Of a stretch of 64,000 nucleotides of DNA, positions 8,441 to 19,162 are shown one piece after another; position 1 is the first letter of the stretch, and each line of letters opens with the position of its first letter. The notes below the pieces were generated by a model. The model worked only from the letters and a program-made list of their open reading frames with translations, made no database searches and was not told where the DNA came from. Origin of the DNA: a bacterium (lineage in GTDB: Bacteria; UBA8248; JACPRG01; G963555815); contig OZ244653.1 in NCBI GenBank assembly GCA_965218795.1, positions 96,001-160,000 on the forward strand. Direction: 5' to 3'. The position numbers were made by a program, and so were the translations under genes.

Positions 8441-9669
8441 ATGTGCAATCTGTATGCTCGTCTTGTGAAGCTTGTGAAGAAAGTCGAAGACTTCCGGACC
8501 GAGGCATTGGCCGATCTCTTGGAACGGCTTCTCAGCAAAGACCGTGAAAAAAACACTACAAGATTTCAGGAGTTCGTTTCAGAAGTACTGCTCGCCGAAC
8601 CGACGGACGAAGCCCGGAAAGCATGCTTTCTGAATATGTTGGATAATTCGCTGGCCGATCTTTCGATTGAGACGCAACACCGAATTCCCCAAGGGCGAAT
8701 ACCGGACATCGTAGTCTTCAACGGAGACCGTCCGATTTTCATTGTTGAGGTCAAGATTGGTGCGAAGATTGGAGGCGGGCAACTGGAGGATTCCGGTGCT
8801 TTCCTCGAAGCCGAAGCCGATGGGAATCCAACCGCGCTTGTCCTGTTGACGCATAGCACTCCAGCCCCGGACGAATTCACCGATCCGGCGTGTAATGACT
8901 ATCATGTAAGCCTCCGAAGTGTAGCGTCCTGGAACAACACCGCAGCATGGTTCGAAAACTTTCCCATGAAGGAAATGGCGTTGATGAGCCGTTGAAGGAC
9001 CGGACCCGCGAGTTCAGCGAATTCTTGAAGGAGTACAACATGCCTACGCTCGATGATTTTGCAATAGCCCGGCTCTACCTTGCGGACTCACATGATGCGC
9101 TCACCGGAGCCGTTGAAAGCATGGGAGATGGATATAAGTTTCCGAATGGTTGGGGGGAATGGAGGAATAGGAATGTAGATGATAGTGGTATTGAGCACAA
9201 ACCGGTTGGACTTTGTAAATGGTACAAGTACGATCAAAATGAGCAATATATTGGCTACGGGCTCTGCTTCAAGCCGGTAGATAAGAATGATCGATATCTC
9301 CGCGGTTTCAAGCGCTACGAAGTTTATGCTCTCAATAATCCAAAACCAATCGAGGACGGATTCTATGCATTTGTGTGTGTTGTCGGACCGTCTGGCCAAT
9401 GGCAGAAAATCGCTGGATATTCGGAGAAGAGACAATGGTATGAGCACAATGAGGCTGGCGAGTTAACCCCGGCCAAAAACGGTCCGGATGTTGATTCAAG
9501 GGGGTACTGGTACTATAACGAAGTCGGCGACCGCGAAGCCTCCTACGCAAAAATATGCCCAATACAGGAATTGCTTGATAGTGACTTCCGTATCGGCAAC
9601 AATCTGAAAGACTGGACGCATGAAGTTTTAGGGGGCGCCCTTGAACTCTGGAAAGCGCTTCCCAAATGA
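8441..9669 (+). pseudogene. PD-(D/E)XK nuclease family protein split by a frameshift
   Basis: EDFRTEALA, IETQ....GRIPDIVV.....IVEVKIGA....QL. One more A in the run at 8955-8958 would fuse ORFs 8441-8995 and 8947-9669. Confidence 0.7.
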
Positions 9670-9728
9670 CGAACGAATTTCTCCGAATGCCGGTCTTGAC
9701 TCGGCAATCCGGCCCCTGACCGAAGTCT

Positions 9729-10620
9729 GTCATTCCCGCCTGTCTGCGTGCACCGCACAGGCAGGCGCAAGCATGGCCCGGAAACCCCTCCCCCCTTGAG
9801 GGGGAGCGGCTGGGGTGGGGGGAGCGGCTTCAATGAGGCCGGAACAATCCTGTCTCGCCCCCCCCTGACGCTTGCCCTCGAATGCTTTAATCGGGGGTGG
9901 GAATCCAGACAATGGACCCCTGCCTGCGCAGGGGTGACAAGCCAGAGCCTGCCTCCGGCCCCCCCCTGAAAAAGACCCTGGAAAGGCCCTGGGAATCGCC
10001 GTGAAAAGCCCCTGAAAGGGACGTGCATCGACCCTGCTCGATGCCGGGGCGTTGCCTGAGAAGACGGCCGGCCAGGGGCACATTCTCACTGGACATAACG
10101 GCGCGCCAGCACCTTCGCAGACCGTTCTGGCCCCGGCCTTGGGCGTAGCGTGGAGTCAGCAAATGCCTCGCCGTTGCGATCCCCCTGGCGGACTGCCCGG
10201 GATGAATCCCCCCCTTGATGGAAGCATTCGAGGATATGCTTTCGCGGGTATGGCGGGTCGGGAGGTTCGAGAGCGCATGTCTGTCATTCCTGCCCCCGAT
10301 AGAAGCCTTCGGGGACAGGCTGCGGCAGGAATCCATGGGGCAGCTCTCCGGTTTTGGTACACCCCGGCGGATTTTTTTGATCTCCCGAAACCCATGAAAC
10401 AAAATAAAAACGAAAATCCCCTTGGCGGGTTGTGGCAGAGAGCCCATATTACTGCGTAAGTTGAACGAAAATGATCGGGACCGGCGCGGGTTGGGGCGGT
10501 CATTCCCGCCCCAGATGGAAACTTTCCAGAGCAGGCTACAACAGGAATCCAGGCAACATAGGGCGGGTTGCGAGGGAAGGTTCTGGACGAGTACCTGTCT
10601 GCCGACAAGGCAGGCCTGAA
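9729..10620. repeat. Non-coding mosaic of REP-like palindromes
   Basis: Several GTCATTCCYGC...GCRGGAATCC, CCCCCTTGAGGGGG and CCTGTCTGC...GGCAGG units; no credible ORF. Confidence 0.75.
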
Positions 10621-10781
10621 GTTCTCCAACACCGAGCGCCCTCAACAGGGCTGTCGCAACATGGGGAGGCGACCGATCGACACGGTCAGGAAGTTTATCC
10701 AACCTGCGAGGAAAGAAGGTTAAGATGACACATTGGGGTCTCATTGACGGGCGAGACCAGACGTTCGAAGGGGGATAGAAA

Positions 10782-11678
10782 ATGATCATTGACAGCCATT
10801 CGCACATCGGTGAGTACGGAGGCGTTTGGAGCGAGAAGATGGTGGACTCTTTGATGCCCCAGTTCGGCCGGTGGGATTACTGGATGGAGCCAAGCCGGAA
10901 GTGGCGTCGCGAGGATTTTCACATCGACCCCGACCGATACGTCGAATACATGGACAGGATCGGAGTCGATATGGCCGTTATCTTTGGGTTGGCGATCACT
11001 CATCTGGAATGCACAACGACCGCCGAGTATGTGGCCGACATCGTTGCTCGCTATCCGGACCGCTTTATCGGGTTTCACGTCGTTGATCCGATTGGGGGCC
11101 GCAAGGCCGTGGAAGAGATCGATCACGCGGTGAAGGACCTGGGTCTGAAGGGCATCAAAATCTTTCCGGCCTACAACGAGGTTGCGCCCAACGATCCCCG
11201 CATCTTCCCCATCTACGAAAGATGCCTCGCGCTCGACGTTCCCATCACTGTTCATATGGGCTACACAACGACCGCGAGAGCGCTGCTGGAATTCCAAAGG
11301 CCGACCCTTTTGGATGAAGTCGGGCTCCACTTCCCCGGCCTCAAGCTGATCGTCGCTCACTTGGGCTGCCACTGGTCTTACGAGACCTTGATGCTCATGG
11401 AAAAATATCCCAGCATTTGTGCGGATGCCTCCATGATCTATTTCCCAATCGATCATGTCGCGAGAACCTTGTCCTGGGCGAAACATTTCGGGAGTATCAC
11501 TCGGATTCTCTACGGTTCCGACTACCCGTTGCTGGACCCCGAAGCGGGAATTCAGTTGTTCCGGAGAGTTCCCGAATACACGGAGAAAGCGGGCATCGAG
11601 CCTGCGGTAACGGACGAAGATATCGATTGGGTGCTGGGTCGGAATGCAGCGCAATTCTTCAACGTGGAAGCGGCTTAG
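10782..11678 (+). CDS. Amidohydrolase family protein (Amidohydro_2)
   Basis: IIDSHSH, GLKGIKI, VHMG, FPGLKLIVAHLG, LYGSDYP. Confidence 0.9.
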   Translation: MIIDSHSHIGEYGGVWSEKMVDSLMPQFGRWDYWMEPSRKWRREDFHIDPDRYVEYMDRIGVDMAVIFGLAITHLECTTTAEYVADIVARYPDRFIGFHVVDPIGGRKAVEEIDHAVKDLGLKGIKIFPAYNEVAPNDPRIFPIYERCLALDVPITVHMGYTTTARALLEFQRPTLLDEVGLHFPGLKLIVAHLGCHWSYETLMLMEKYPSICADASMIYFPIDHVARTLSWAKHFGSITRILYGSDYPLLDPEAGIQLFRRVPEYTEKAGIEPAVTDEDIDWVLGRNAAQFFNVEAA

Positions 11679-11954
11679 AGGGGAATTTCAAAAATTCGAG
11701 GTGATGTCTGGACGGAGCTGAATTGGCCCCAGTTCGGGTGATCCATTCGGAAATCTCCGTTTCCGAGGAACGAAGCACCGGGTGATGGAGAAAGCCATAG
11801 CGCCCTCCTCCACAGGGGAAAATTCCTGATGGAACGTATTCCCTGCACGCAACAAGAACGAGTGACGCTGATGTAAAATCTTGCAGGACGAGTCCCGAGA
11901 AATTTCCCGAATGCGAAGTCAAGAACCGGCCCCGATCATTCAGGAGAAATCCCG

Positions 11955-12992
11955 ATGGATGAGACCCAACTCTGGCCCGCGCTGCGCGAATACTGGCATC
12001 CGGTCTGCTGGTCCAAGGAGGCGACGGACAAGCCGCTGGCCGTCAAGCTGCTGGATGAACGCGTCGTCGTGTGTCGGATCAACGGGGAGGCTCGCGCGTT
12101 CCACGACCTCTGCATCCACCGCGGCACCCCCCTTTCCCTGGGATGGGTGGAGGGCGGGCATATTGTCTGCGCCTATCACGGCTGGGCCTATGACGCCGAG
12201 GGCAAATGCACGCGAATCCCTTCGATTCCCCCGGAGCACCCCATCCCGAAAAAAGCCTGTCTGACAGCCTATCCCGCCCAGGAGGCCTACGGGATCGTTT
12301 GGGTTTGCCTGTCGGACAAACCGCGCGCGCCCATCCCTGAATTCCATCTGGACGAGAACCCGGACTACCGAATCTTCTTCCGGCAGAGGAAATTCTGGAA
12401 GTGCAGCGCCGCCCGCTCCGTCGAGAACTTCTTCGATTTCGGGCACTTCCCCTGGGTGCACGAGGGAATTCTGGGCGAACGCGACCATACCCTGGTCTCG
12501 GAAACGGAGTTCCAACGAGACGGCGAATCGCTGACGTTCGCGTTGCCCCCTGACGGGGTGCAAACAATCCCCCAACCTCGCAACTACCGCGTGACCCGTC
12601 CCTTCACCATCTTTCAGTGGAATGCGGATGAGAGCGTCAAAACCGATGCATTCTTCTATGCGGTCACTCCCCACTCCATCAACGAGAGCACCCGGTATTT
12701 GCTGATTACCCGAAACTACGACCTGGATGCGCCGGAAGTGAAACACGGCCCGGCCTGGATTGACCAAAGGGATATGTGGCTGGAGGACAAGGAATACGAC
12801 GGCGGGATCCCGGAACACATCAGGACGAAGGATCTCATCGCCGACCAGGACGTGCCCATCGTCAGCAACCAGCGCCCCTGGGAATTGCCCCTGGATCTAT
12901 CCGAAGAGCTCCATCTCAAAACGCCGGACGCCGTGGCCGTGCACTACCGCCGGTTCATGCGGAAATTGGGCGTGGACGTGGATGCGGGTTAG
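11955..12992 (+). CDS. Rieske non-heme iron oxygenase alpha subunit (VanA/NdmA-like O- or N-demethylase type)
   Basis: Rieske motif CIHRG...CAYHGW; mononuclear Fe ligands ENFFDFGHFPWVH; QD near the C-terminus. Confidence 0.9.
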   Translation: MDETQLWPALREYWHPVCWSKEATDKPLAVKLLDERVVVCRINGEARAFHDLCIHRGTPLSLGWVEGGHIVCAYHGWAYDAEGKCTRIPSIPPEHPIPKKACLTAYPAQEAYGIVWVCLSDKPRAPIPEFHLDENPDYRIFFRQRKFWKCSAARSVENFFDFGHFPWVHEGILGERDHTLVSETEFQRDGESLTFALPPDGVQTIPQPRNYRVTRPFTIFQWNADESVKTDAFFYAVTPHSINESTRYLLITRNYDLDAPEVKHGPAWIDQRDMWLEDKEYDGGIPEHIRTKDLIADQDVPIVSNQRPWELPLDLSEELHLKTPDAVAVHYRRFMRKLGVDVDAG

Positions 12993-13335
12993 CCGGGCCC
13001 GGTGGAAACGCGCCGCCCCGTTTTCACGGTGCGTCCGGCCGGCAAGTCGAGCGGTTTCAGTCCGTGACTGTTCAGTCATTGACTGTTCATCGAAGGGCTG
13101 CCCGTACCGGAGCGGCCTTGAAACTCTTTTCTTGACGCCGAATCAGGGCGCCGGTTGCGGCTTGCCCGCCAGTGCCGCCTCTTTCAATTCAACACCTTGG
13201 GATGCCCAAACCATGGCGCAGTTTGCTCGTTGACATGGATCCGGGATTGCATGAACATGAACCCAAATGACAGGCTTGTGACGATCAAGGCGGGTGAAAA
13301 GGAAACGACCATCATCTGAAGGAATGGAGGGGACG

Positions 13336-14337
13336 ATGAAAGGCCAGATACGTTGTAAACAGTTTTTGACGGGCCTGCTCGCGATCGCAGTGGTGATGGG
13401 TCTCCTTCTCGGCCCCGCCGTGGCGGCGAAGAAGCTCCGCATTGCCATTGGGTTCAACGGCTCCATCAAGGACAAGGGTTGGTACGAAGGGGCGCATAAG
13501 GCAGTCCAGCGGCTCAAGAAGGACCCGGCCGTGGTTGAAGTCGTCTATCATGAGAACATCAAGAACGCCGACATCGAAGGGGCCATGCGGCGTTGGGCGG
13601 TGGAGGGGTTCAACCTCATCTTCGGCCACAGTTACGAGTTTGGAGAGCCGGCCCGAAAGCTGGCCAAGGAGTTTCCCAACACGATTTTCGCCATCCCCTT
13701 CTTTTTCAAGACGAAAGGGTTTCCCAATGTGGTGAATTACGGGACCCAGTCTTTGGACATCGTGTTTGCGGCGGGTTCGCTGGCGGCGTTGATGAGCAAG
13801 AGCAAGAAGATTGGGGTCATCGGTGGGCACCCGGTTCCGCATAAGATTGCCGAACACAACGGCTACAAGCTGGGGGCGCGGCACGTGGTGCCGGATATCC
13901 AGGTCACGAGTGTGTACATCAACGATTGGTTTGACGCCTCCAAGGCGAAGGAGGCGGCGATCGCGATGATCGAGCAAGGAGTGGACGTTGTCTACACGAC
14001 CGCCAGCCCGATGGGCATCGGCGCGATCTACGGCGCGCAGGTAAAGGGGGTGAACGCCATCGGGACGTACATGGACTGGAGCACCCTGGCGCCGGACACC
14101 GTGATATCGAGTGTGGTTTACGTCTGGGACGTTCCAATGCAACAGATGGTCAAAGACATGAAGCGGGGCAAGGTTGGAAAGGAGTACCTGCTGGGGGTAG
14201 CGGCCGGCGCAGCGAAACTGGCGCCGTTCAGCAAGAAGGTTCCCCGCGATGTGGCCGAGAAGGTCCGGGCGGTGGAGGAAGGCATCAAGGCCGGCAAGAT
14301 CAAGGTGCCCTACTTGCCAAAGAAGGAGATCGGCTGA
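13336..14337 (+). CDS. BMP family (nucleoside/purine) ABC substrate-binding protein
   Basis: Signal peptide; IKDKGWY, GFNLIFGHSYEF, KIGVIGG, WFDASKAKEAAIAMIEQGVDV. Confidence 0.88.
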   Translation: MKGQIRCKQFLTGLLAIAVVMGLLLGPAVAAKKLRIAIGFNGSIKDKGWYEGAHKAVQRLKKDPAVVEVVYHENIKNADIEGAMRRWAVEGFNLIFGHSYEFGEPARKLAKEFPNTIFAIPFFFKTKGFPNVVNYGTQSLDIVFAAGSLAALMSKSKKIGVIGGHPVPHKIAEHNGYKLGARHVVPDIQVTSVYINDWFDASKAKEAAIAMIEQGVDVVYTTASPMGIGAIYGAQVKGVNAIGTYMDWSTLAPDTVISSVVYVWDVPMQQMVKDMKRGKVGKEYLLGVAAGAAKLAPFSKKVPRDVAEKVRAVEEGIKAGKIKVPYLPKKEIG

Positions 14338-14507
14338 CGCGTTGGCGGGTTGCGGAAAAACGAACTTCAGGGGCGTGAAACGCCCTCGGGTGTCATTCCG
14401 GCGGCGGTGATGAATTCCCGCCGGAGTGAGCCCGATTCACCAACCTGTCAACTGTATTCTGATCCGTCCAGCCCGGTCCGGAGAGGGCGGCCTTGTTCGT
14501 GTGCCCG

Positions 14508-16019
14508 TCAGCTTTCGGCCTTCATGAAGTCGGACAGGCGTTCTCCGATCATGAGGCACGCCGTGTTGGTATGGCAATGGGGGACGACGGGCATGACCGA
14601 GGCGTCGGCGACCCACAAATTCGACATCCCGTGAACCCGCAGGTGCTGGTCCACCACGGCCCGGTCGTTCGTGCCGGGTCCCATGGCGCACGTTCCCACA
14701 CCGTGATGAAAGCTTTCGAATGTGGTGCGGGCGAATTTCGCGAAATCCTCTCCCGGAGCCGGATGCATCAGCGGACCGTAGTATTCCCGCATGGGTTCGG
14801 TCCGGGTGAGTCCGACGACAAACTCCATGGCCGAGACCATGGCCTGGATGTCCGCCGGGTCCTCCAGCATTTCGGATTCGACGGTCGGGAGCTCACGGGG
14901 ATCCCGACTGTTGAGGATGATCCTGCCGCGCGCCCGGTGCTCCAGAAGGTTGATCATCATGGGCATGATGGGGGTCAGGCCCTCGATGATCGTGGATTGC
15001 CGCATCAGGATGTGAAAGTCCAGAACTTCCCGGATCGGGTCGCTTTTGAAATTCAGCATGAAACCCGGAACAATCCAGTCCTCCTGATGATCCTTCTCGC
15101 CTTCGAAGTTCATGACGATGGAGGCGTGATCCTGATAATTCTCCCCGACGCCTTCCATGGCATGGGCCACGGAGACCCCCAGGCCCTCCAGGACGGCCGG
15201 AGGACCGATGCCGGATAGCATCAGGATCTGTGGGCTGTGGTAGACGCCGGCGCTCAAGACCACCTGCTCCCCCAAGACGGTATGGACCTGCCCGTCTTTC
15301 TCGTAACGGACACCGGTCACCCGATCGCCCTGGATGTCCAGGCCGATGACCCGGGCGTCCGCCAAGATAGTGAGGTTCGGCCTTGAGCGCGCGGGGTCCA
15401 GGTAGGCGACGACGGCGGATTGGCGTCGGTCGTTCTTCACACAATGGGCCGTCGCGGAGACACCGTAGGGGGAAGGGACGTTCTGGTCCGGGCAGATGGG
15501 CAGTCCCAGGCTGGTCACGCCATCGACAAACGCCTGCTGCTGGTCATCCGGGATGGCGTCAAAGCTGCATCCCCGCTTCACGTACAGGGGCCCCCCCTGG
15601 CCGTGGAGCTCGGTTTCGCCGTAATCCTGGTCGGTCTCAATCCTCATCAGGACGGGTAAGGCGCGCTCCCAAGACCATTCGGAGTTTCCCAGGCGCACCC
15701 AGTTGTCGAAATCCGCGCGGATGGGCCGGATCACCGACATGAAGTTCACGGACGACCCTCCGCCCATGATGAGCCCCGCAAGGGAGTAGAAGACGCTTCC
15801 GTCGAGTTTTCTCGGGGTGGGATAGAGCCCGAGGTAGGGACTTTCCATCAGGATATTCACAACCCGCCGAGGGTCCGCGATGATCTCGGGCAGGGGCTGT
15901 GGATCCGGCGAGGCGTTCAGGAGCAGGACCTGCCTCCGGGGGTCTTCGGACATCCGGGAGGCGGCCACACAGCCCGTCGAGCCCCCTCCCACGATGATCA
16001 CGTCATAGGAATTCGGCAT
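14508..16019 (-). CDS. GMC oxidoreductase (choline dehydrogenase-like)
   Basis: YDVIIVGGGSTG, GGGSSVN, SPQILMLSGIG, VGENYQDH, HHGVGTCAMG, VADASVMP. Confidence 0.92.
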   Translation of the reverse strand: MPNSYDVIIVGGGSTGCVAASRMSEDPRRQVLLLNASPDPQPLPEIIADPRRVVNILMESPYLGLYPTPRKLDGSVFYSLAGLIMGGGSSVNFMSVIRPIRADFDNWVRLGNSEWSWERALPVLMRIETDQDYGETELHGQGGPLYVKRGCSFDAIPDDQQQAFVDGVTSLGLPICPDQNVPSPYGVSATAHCVKNDRRQSAVVAYLDPARSRPNLTILADARVIGLDIQGDRVTGVRYEKDGQVHTVLGEQVVLSAGVYHSPQILMLSGIGPPAVLEGLGVSVAHAMEGVGENYQDHASIVMNFEGEKDHQEDWIVPGFMLNFKSDPIREVLDFHILMRQSTIIEGLTPIMPMMINLLEHRARGRIILNSRDPRELPTVESEMLEDPADIQAMVSAMEFVVGLTRTEPMREYYGPLMHPAPGEDFAKFARTTFESFHHGVGTCAMGPGTNDRAVVDQHLRVHGMSNLWVADASVMPVVPHCHTNTACLMIGERLSDFMKAES

Positions 16020-16388
16020 GAGACACCCTCCCTCCCGTCAAGCATAGACGAGCCACAGTGAATCCCCAACCCCGGAGAGGATGACATTGCAACCTCATGA
16101 AAAGCAACGGGTGACTGTTTCATCACGAAAACACGCTTTTGATTTGGTTATCCGGACCGAAGATCAGCGTACGCTGCCCAGCACGCCATAGATTCCGGCT
16201 TCAAGAGCATAGTCCGCAGATTCCTTGCAGCGTAGCGAAAATCATCGAGAACGGGATCGGAATTTATCTTTAAACGGTCTGGAAACAGCCATGAAATGCC
16301 CTTGCAAGGGCGTTGCAAGGGGCGTGCATGGACCGCTCACCCCACCGGCTCGGCTGCGCCTTGCCGACTCCCCTCAAGGGGGGAGTGA

Positions 16389-16505
16389 TTGACGGACCAG
16401 GGGCGGGTTCTCGCCGGACATGACGGCATGACTGGCCAGAGCGCAGCGGCGATCGTGAAACCGAAGCTTGCCGAGTCTGGCATCCGCGCAGACCGAACGC
16501 CAGCA
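16389..16505 (-). pseudogene. Tyrosine integrase relic (box II region)
   Basis: CWRSVCADARLGKLRFHDRRCALASHAVMSGENPPLV, a degenerate HDLRH box. Confidence 0.65.
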
Positions 16506-16655
16506 TGTCCTGTCCGTATATGGCGGCCGCTTCCCCTGATGTAGTCTCACGGGTCCAGTTGATCCTGCTCATCGCGATACGAGGCGATGAAACCGGACGG
16601 AAGTCATTCTCGGAGTGAAGTCATGCTTGACGAATGTAGTCAATGATGACAACAT

Positions 16656-17015
16656 ATGCGCATGAGCGAGGACACGCGGCCGATTGGGTGGGTCCGGGCA
16701 GCGCGCAAGGCTTACGAGACGTTCCCCGTGACCGTTCGGGACCGCGTCAACACCGCTCTGACCATCGCCGCGGAGGGGGGGAGCAAGGCGGACATCGCCA
16801 AGCCGCTCAAGGGCCTTGGATCGGGCGTCATGGAGATTGTCGTGCGTTCCCGGACCGATGCCTACCGCGTGGTCTATGTCACGGAAGTTGCAGGAAAGCT
16901 GTGGGTGATTCACGCGTTTCAGAAGAAATCGAAGACGGGGATCAGGACCCCGAAAGCCGAGATCGACCTCGTCCGCGCTCGGCTGGGACGATTGAGAAAG
17001 GAACTGCTGCCATGA
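16656..17015 (+). CDS. RelE/ParE family (Gp49-like) toxin
   Basis: AKPLKGLGSGVMEIV, DAYRVVY, VIHAFQKKSKTGIRTP. Confidence 0.9.
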   Translation: MRMSEDTRPIGWVRAARKAYETFPVTVRDRVNTALTIAAEGGSKADIAKPLKGLGSGVMEIVVRSRTDAYRVVYVTEVAGKLWVIHAFQKKSKTGIRTPKAEIDLVRARLGRLRKELLP

Positions 17016-17341
17016 ACGAGAGCGACTTCGAACTGGTTGAGGGAAGCGGAAATGTCTTTCGCGACTTCGGTGATCCTCACGCGGACCTGAAACAGGCCAA
17101 GGCGATTCTCGCGGCCCGTATCATCGCGGTGCTGGATGACCGCGGGCTCACGGTGCGAAAGGCCGCGAGCATGACCGGGTTCGCCGCGGCGGATTTTTCG
17201 CGCATCCGCAACGCCGCTCTCGGGCGTTTCACGCTGGACCGACTGATGAAAATGCTCGCAGCGCTCGACGGCGGTCTGCGGGTGACGCTGCAAGTCGAGG
17301 CGCGAAATGAGGGCGATGCGGCGCTGGCGAATTGGGGCTAA
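17012..17341 (+). CDS. XRE/HTH_37 antitoxin
   Basis: GSGNVFRDFG, ADFSRIRNAALGRFTLDRL; ATGA overlap with the toxin. Confidence 0.9.
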   Translation: MNESDFELVEGSGNVFRDFGDPHADLKQAKAILAARIIAVLDDRGLTVRKAASMTGFAAADFSRIRNAALGRFTLDRLMKMLAALDGGLRVTLQVEARNEGDAALANWG

Positions 17342-17381
17342 CGTGCCTGAAGGCTTGGTCGAAAGGGATACAAAGCTTTTC

Positions 17382-18800
17382 ATGACTGAAATTTCTGACG
17401 CGAACAGTCTTGCTGCATGGCTGGAGCAGAGGCCGCCCGAGTTCGCATGTTCGCTGGGCGCACGAATTGCACTGCGGATGACGCCGATATTGGGGAGCGC
17501 CTTGTATGCGGATCAGGCGGCGCGGCGCGGCCGCATCGTGCTGCCGTCTTTTCGTGCGTTGGCGGCTGCGAGCTTTGGTGGTGCATGGCCCGGTCGGTTT
17601 GTGGAGATGCGACAGGCGGCCCGTAGCGCCGCTCGCAGCGCAGAGGATGCGATGTCGGAAACATTCAACGAAGGCCAGATGAATGTCATCGACAGTGTGG
17701 AGGTGGTTCCGGAAGAGTACCGCTATATTCACGAGATGAAGGCGGATGCGAATGCCCTCGGTGTTGCTTTAAGCGCTGTAGATGTCATCGCGAAGGCGGT
17801 TCAGGCGACTGCCGACATGATCGACGCCAGTAATGGTATTGCGAGCTCCGATGCCGTTCTGGAATCGGTGATTGCGGCGGGTAATGCTGGCCACTCGGCA
17901 GTTGATGGCGCTAACGGTTACGAAGAGTTACACTCCGAGCCGGAGGACGATAACGACGAGAATCCGACTACTCCGCGACATATCTACGATTTCTGGAAGG
18001 CAGTGGAGGGCGACGCGAGATTCCTTGAGGCAAGCACGGTTCAAGAGGGTCCGACGGCAGCACCTGTTGACGGCCTGCAGAAAATGTCGCTGTGGCTTGA
18101 CGGCATTCCAGTCTGGGCGAGCAGACAGTGGGCGCTTTTCAAAGACGACCTACCGGACGAGGAAGGATGGAACGTTTGGGTTGACTGGTACGAGGCTCGA
18201 TGGGCAGGCCGGCCCGGTGACGCCGGTCTGGAGCTTGCCCGCGTTACGATTGGGGAAGAGGACTGGGAAAAAGGCCCAGCTCACGTGAACGCGATGATCG
18301 ACGGAATGATCAAGGGTCAGTCCGAACCGATCACCTTGGCTATTTCCCATGGTTTCGAGCAACTGGAAGAGACTGAAGAAATTGTCGATTTGGCCTCACA
18401 TGCAGCGCGAATACGTCGCGCGTTGCCGGACGATCCTTCTCAGGTGATAGGTGCAACCAAAGAGATGCTGGAAGCAACCATGAAAACCATACTTCATCGA
18501 CGTGGTTGTGAGGTGAAAGGCACGATAAGCTTTCCCAACTTGGTAGAGCGATGTTTTTCCGAGTTGGATATTGCGAATGTATCCGATGCGACCGCCATTG
18601 CAGATCGTCCTGTTCAAGAAGTCGCGAAGGCCGCCAAGGAAATGCTTTTGGCCGCGAACAAACTTCGAAATCGAGCTGGAACAGGACACGGACGAGTAGT
18701 AGGGCAAGAGCCAAGCGTTGCGAATACCGACGCGGCGCTGGTTGCGTCGACGGGCATGGTTTTGGCGGCTTGGCTATTGCGGCACGGAGATCAAGTCTGA
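17382..18800 (+). CDS. Abortive infection family protein with a C-terminal Abi_C (HEPN-like) domain
   Basis: DDPSQVIGATKEMLEATMKTIL...LRNRAGTGHGR (RX6H); long Ala/Trp-rich N-terminal region. Confidence 0.75.
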   Translation: MTEISDANSLAAWLEQRPPEFACSLGARIALRMTPILGSALYADQAARRGRIVLPSFRALAAASFGGAWPGRFVEMRQAARSAARSAEDAMSETFNEGQMNVIDSVEVVPEEYRYIHEMKADANALGVALSAVDVIAKAVQATADMIDASNGIASSDAVLESVIAAGNAGHSAVDGANGYEELHSEPEDDNDENPTTPRHIYDFWKAVEGDARFLEASTVQEGPTAAPVDGLQKMSLWLDGIPVWASRQWALFKDDLPDEEGWNVWVDWYEARWAGRPGDAGLELARVTIGEEDWEKGPAHVNAMIDGMIKGQSEPITLAISHGFEQLEETEEIVDLASHAARIRRALPDDPSQVIGATKEMLEATMKTILHRRGCEVKGTISFPNLVERCFSELDIANVSDATAIADRPVQEVAKAAKEMLLAANKLRNRAGTGHGRVVGQEPSVANTDAALVASTGMVLAAWLLRHGDQV

Positions 18801-19162
18801 TGGTTCCTGAACGGACCGTAGAAGGCAGGTTCCGGACGGGATCTGGAACAGGGCATATTCCCAAATAATATCAATATGATAACGAGATTTCACGGCTGGA
18901 AAGAACGTGCTTACGACCGTATCCGAACATATCATGTCATTTTTTCCTGACACCAGTAACCCCCATTGGAAGGTGAATCGTCCCGTCCGTCGCTTGTCCA
19001 TGGATGAGCTCGATATGGGGAAGGAAACACCGTGCAACACGGTTGCATGCCCGTTCCGGGGCCGTGCAATGTCCTTCTTCGCCGGTTCTCCGCTGACCAA
19101 ATGACGGTTGTTGTAGCGGGGATGATTGGCAAACGCCTGAAATATGAAGACTTGGTGAGTTA

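Noticed and set aside
13236-13251. Sigma-54 promoter TGGATCCGGGATTGCA upstream of the BMP gene
   Set aside because: The GG-N10-GC spacing fits, but the -24 box is poor and no activator gene is nearby.
18820-19150. Small ORFs between the Abi and R-M genes
   Set aside because: No recognisable motif or RBS in any frame.
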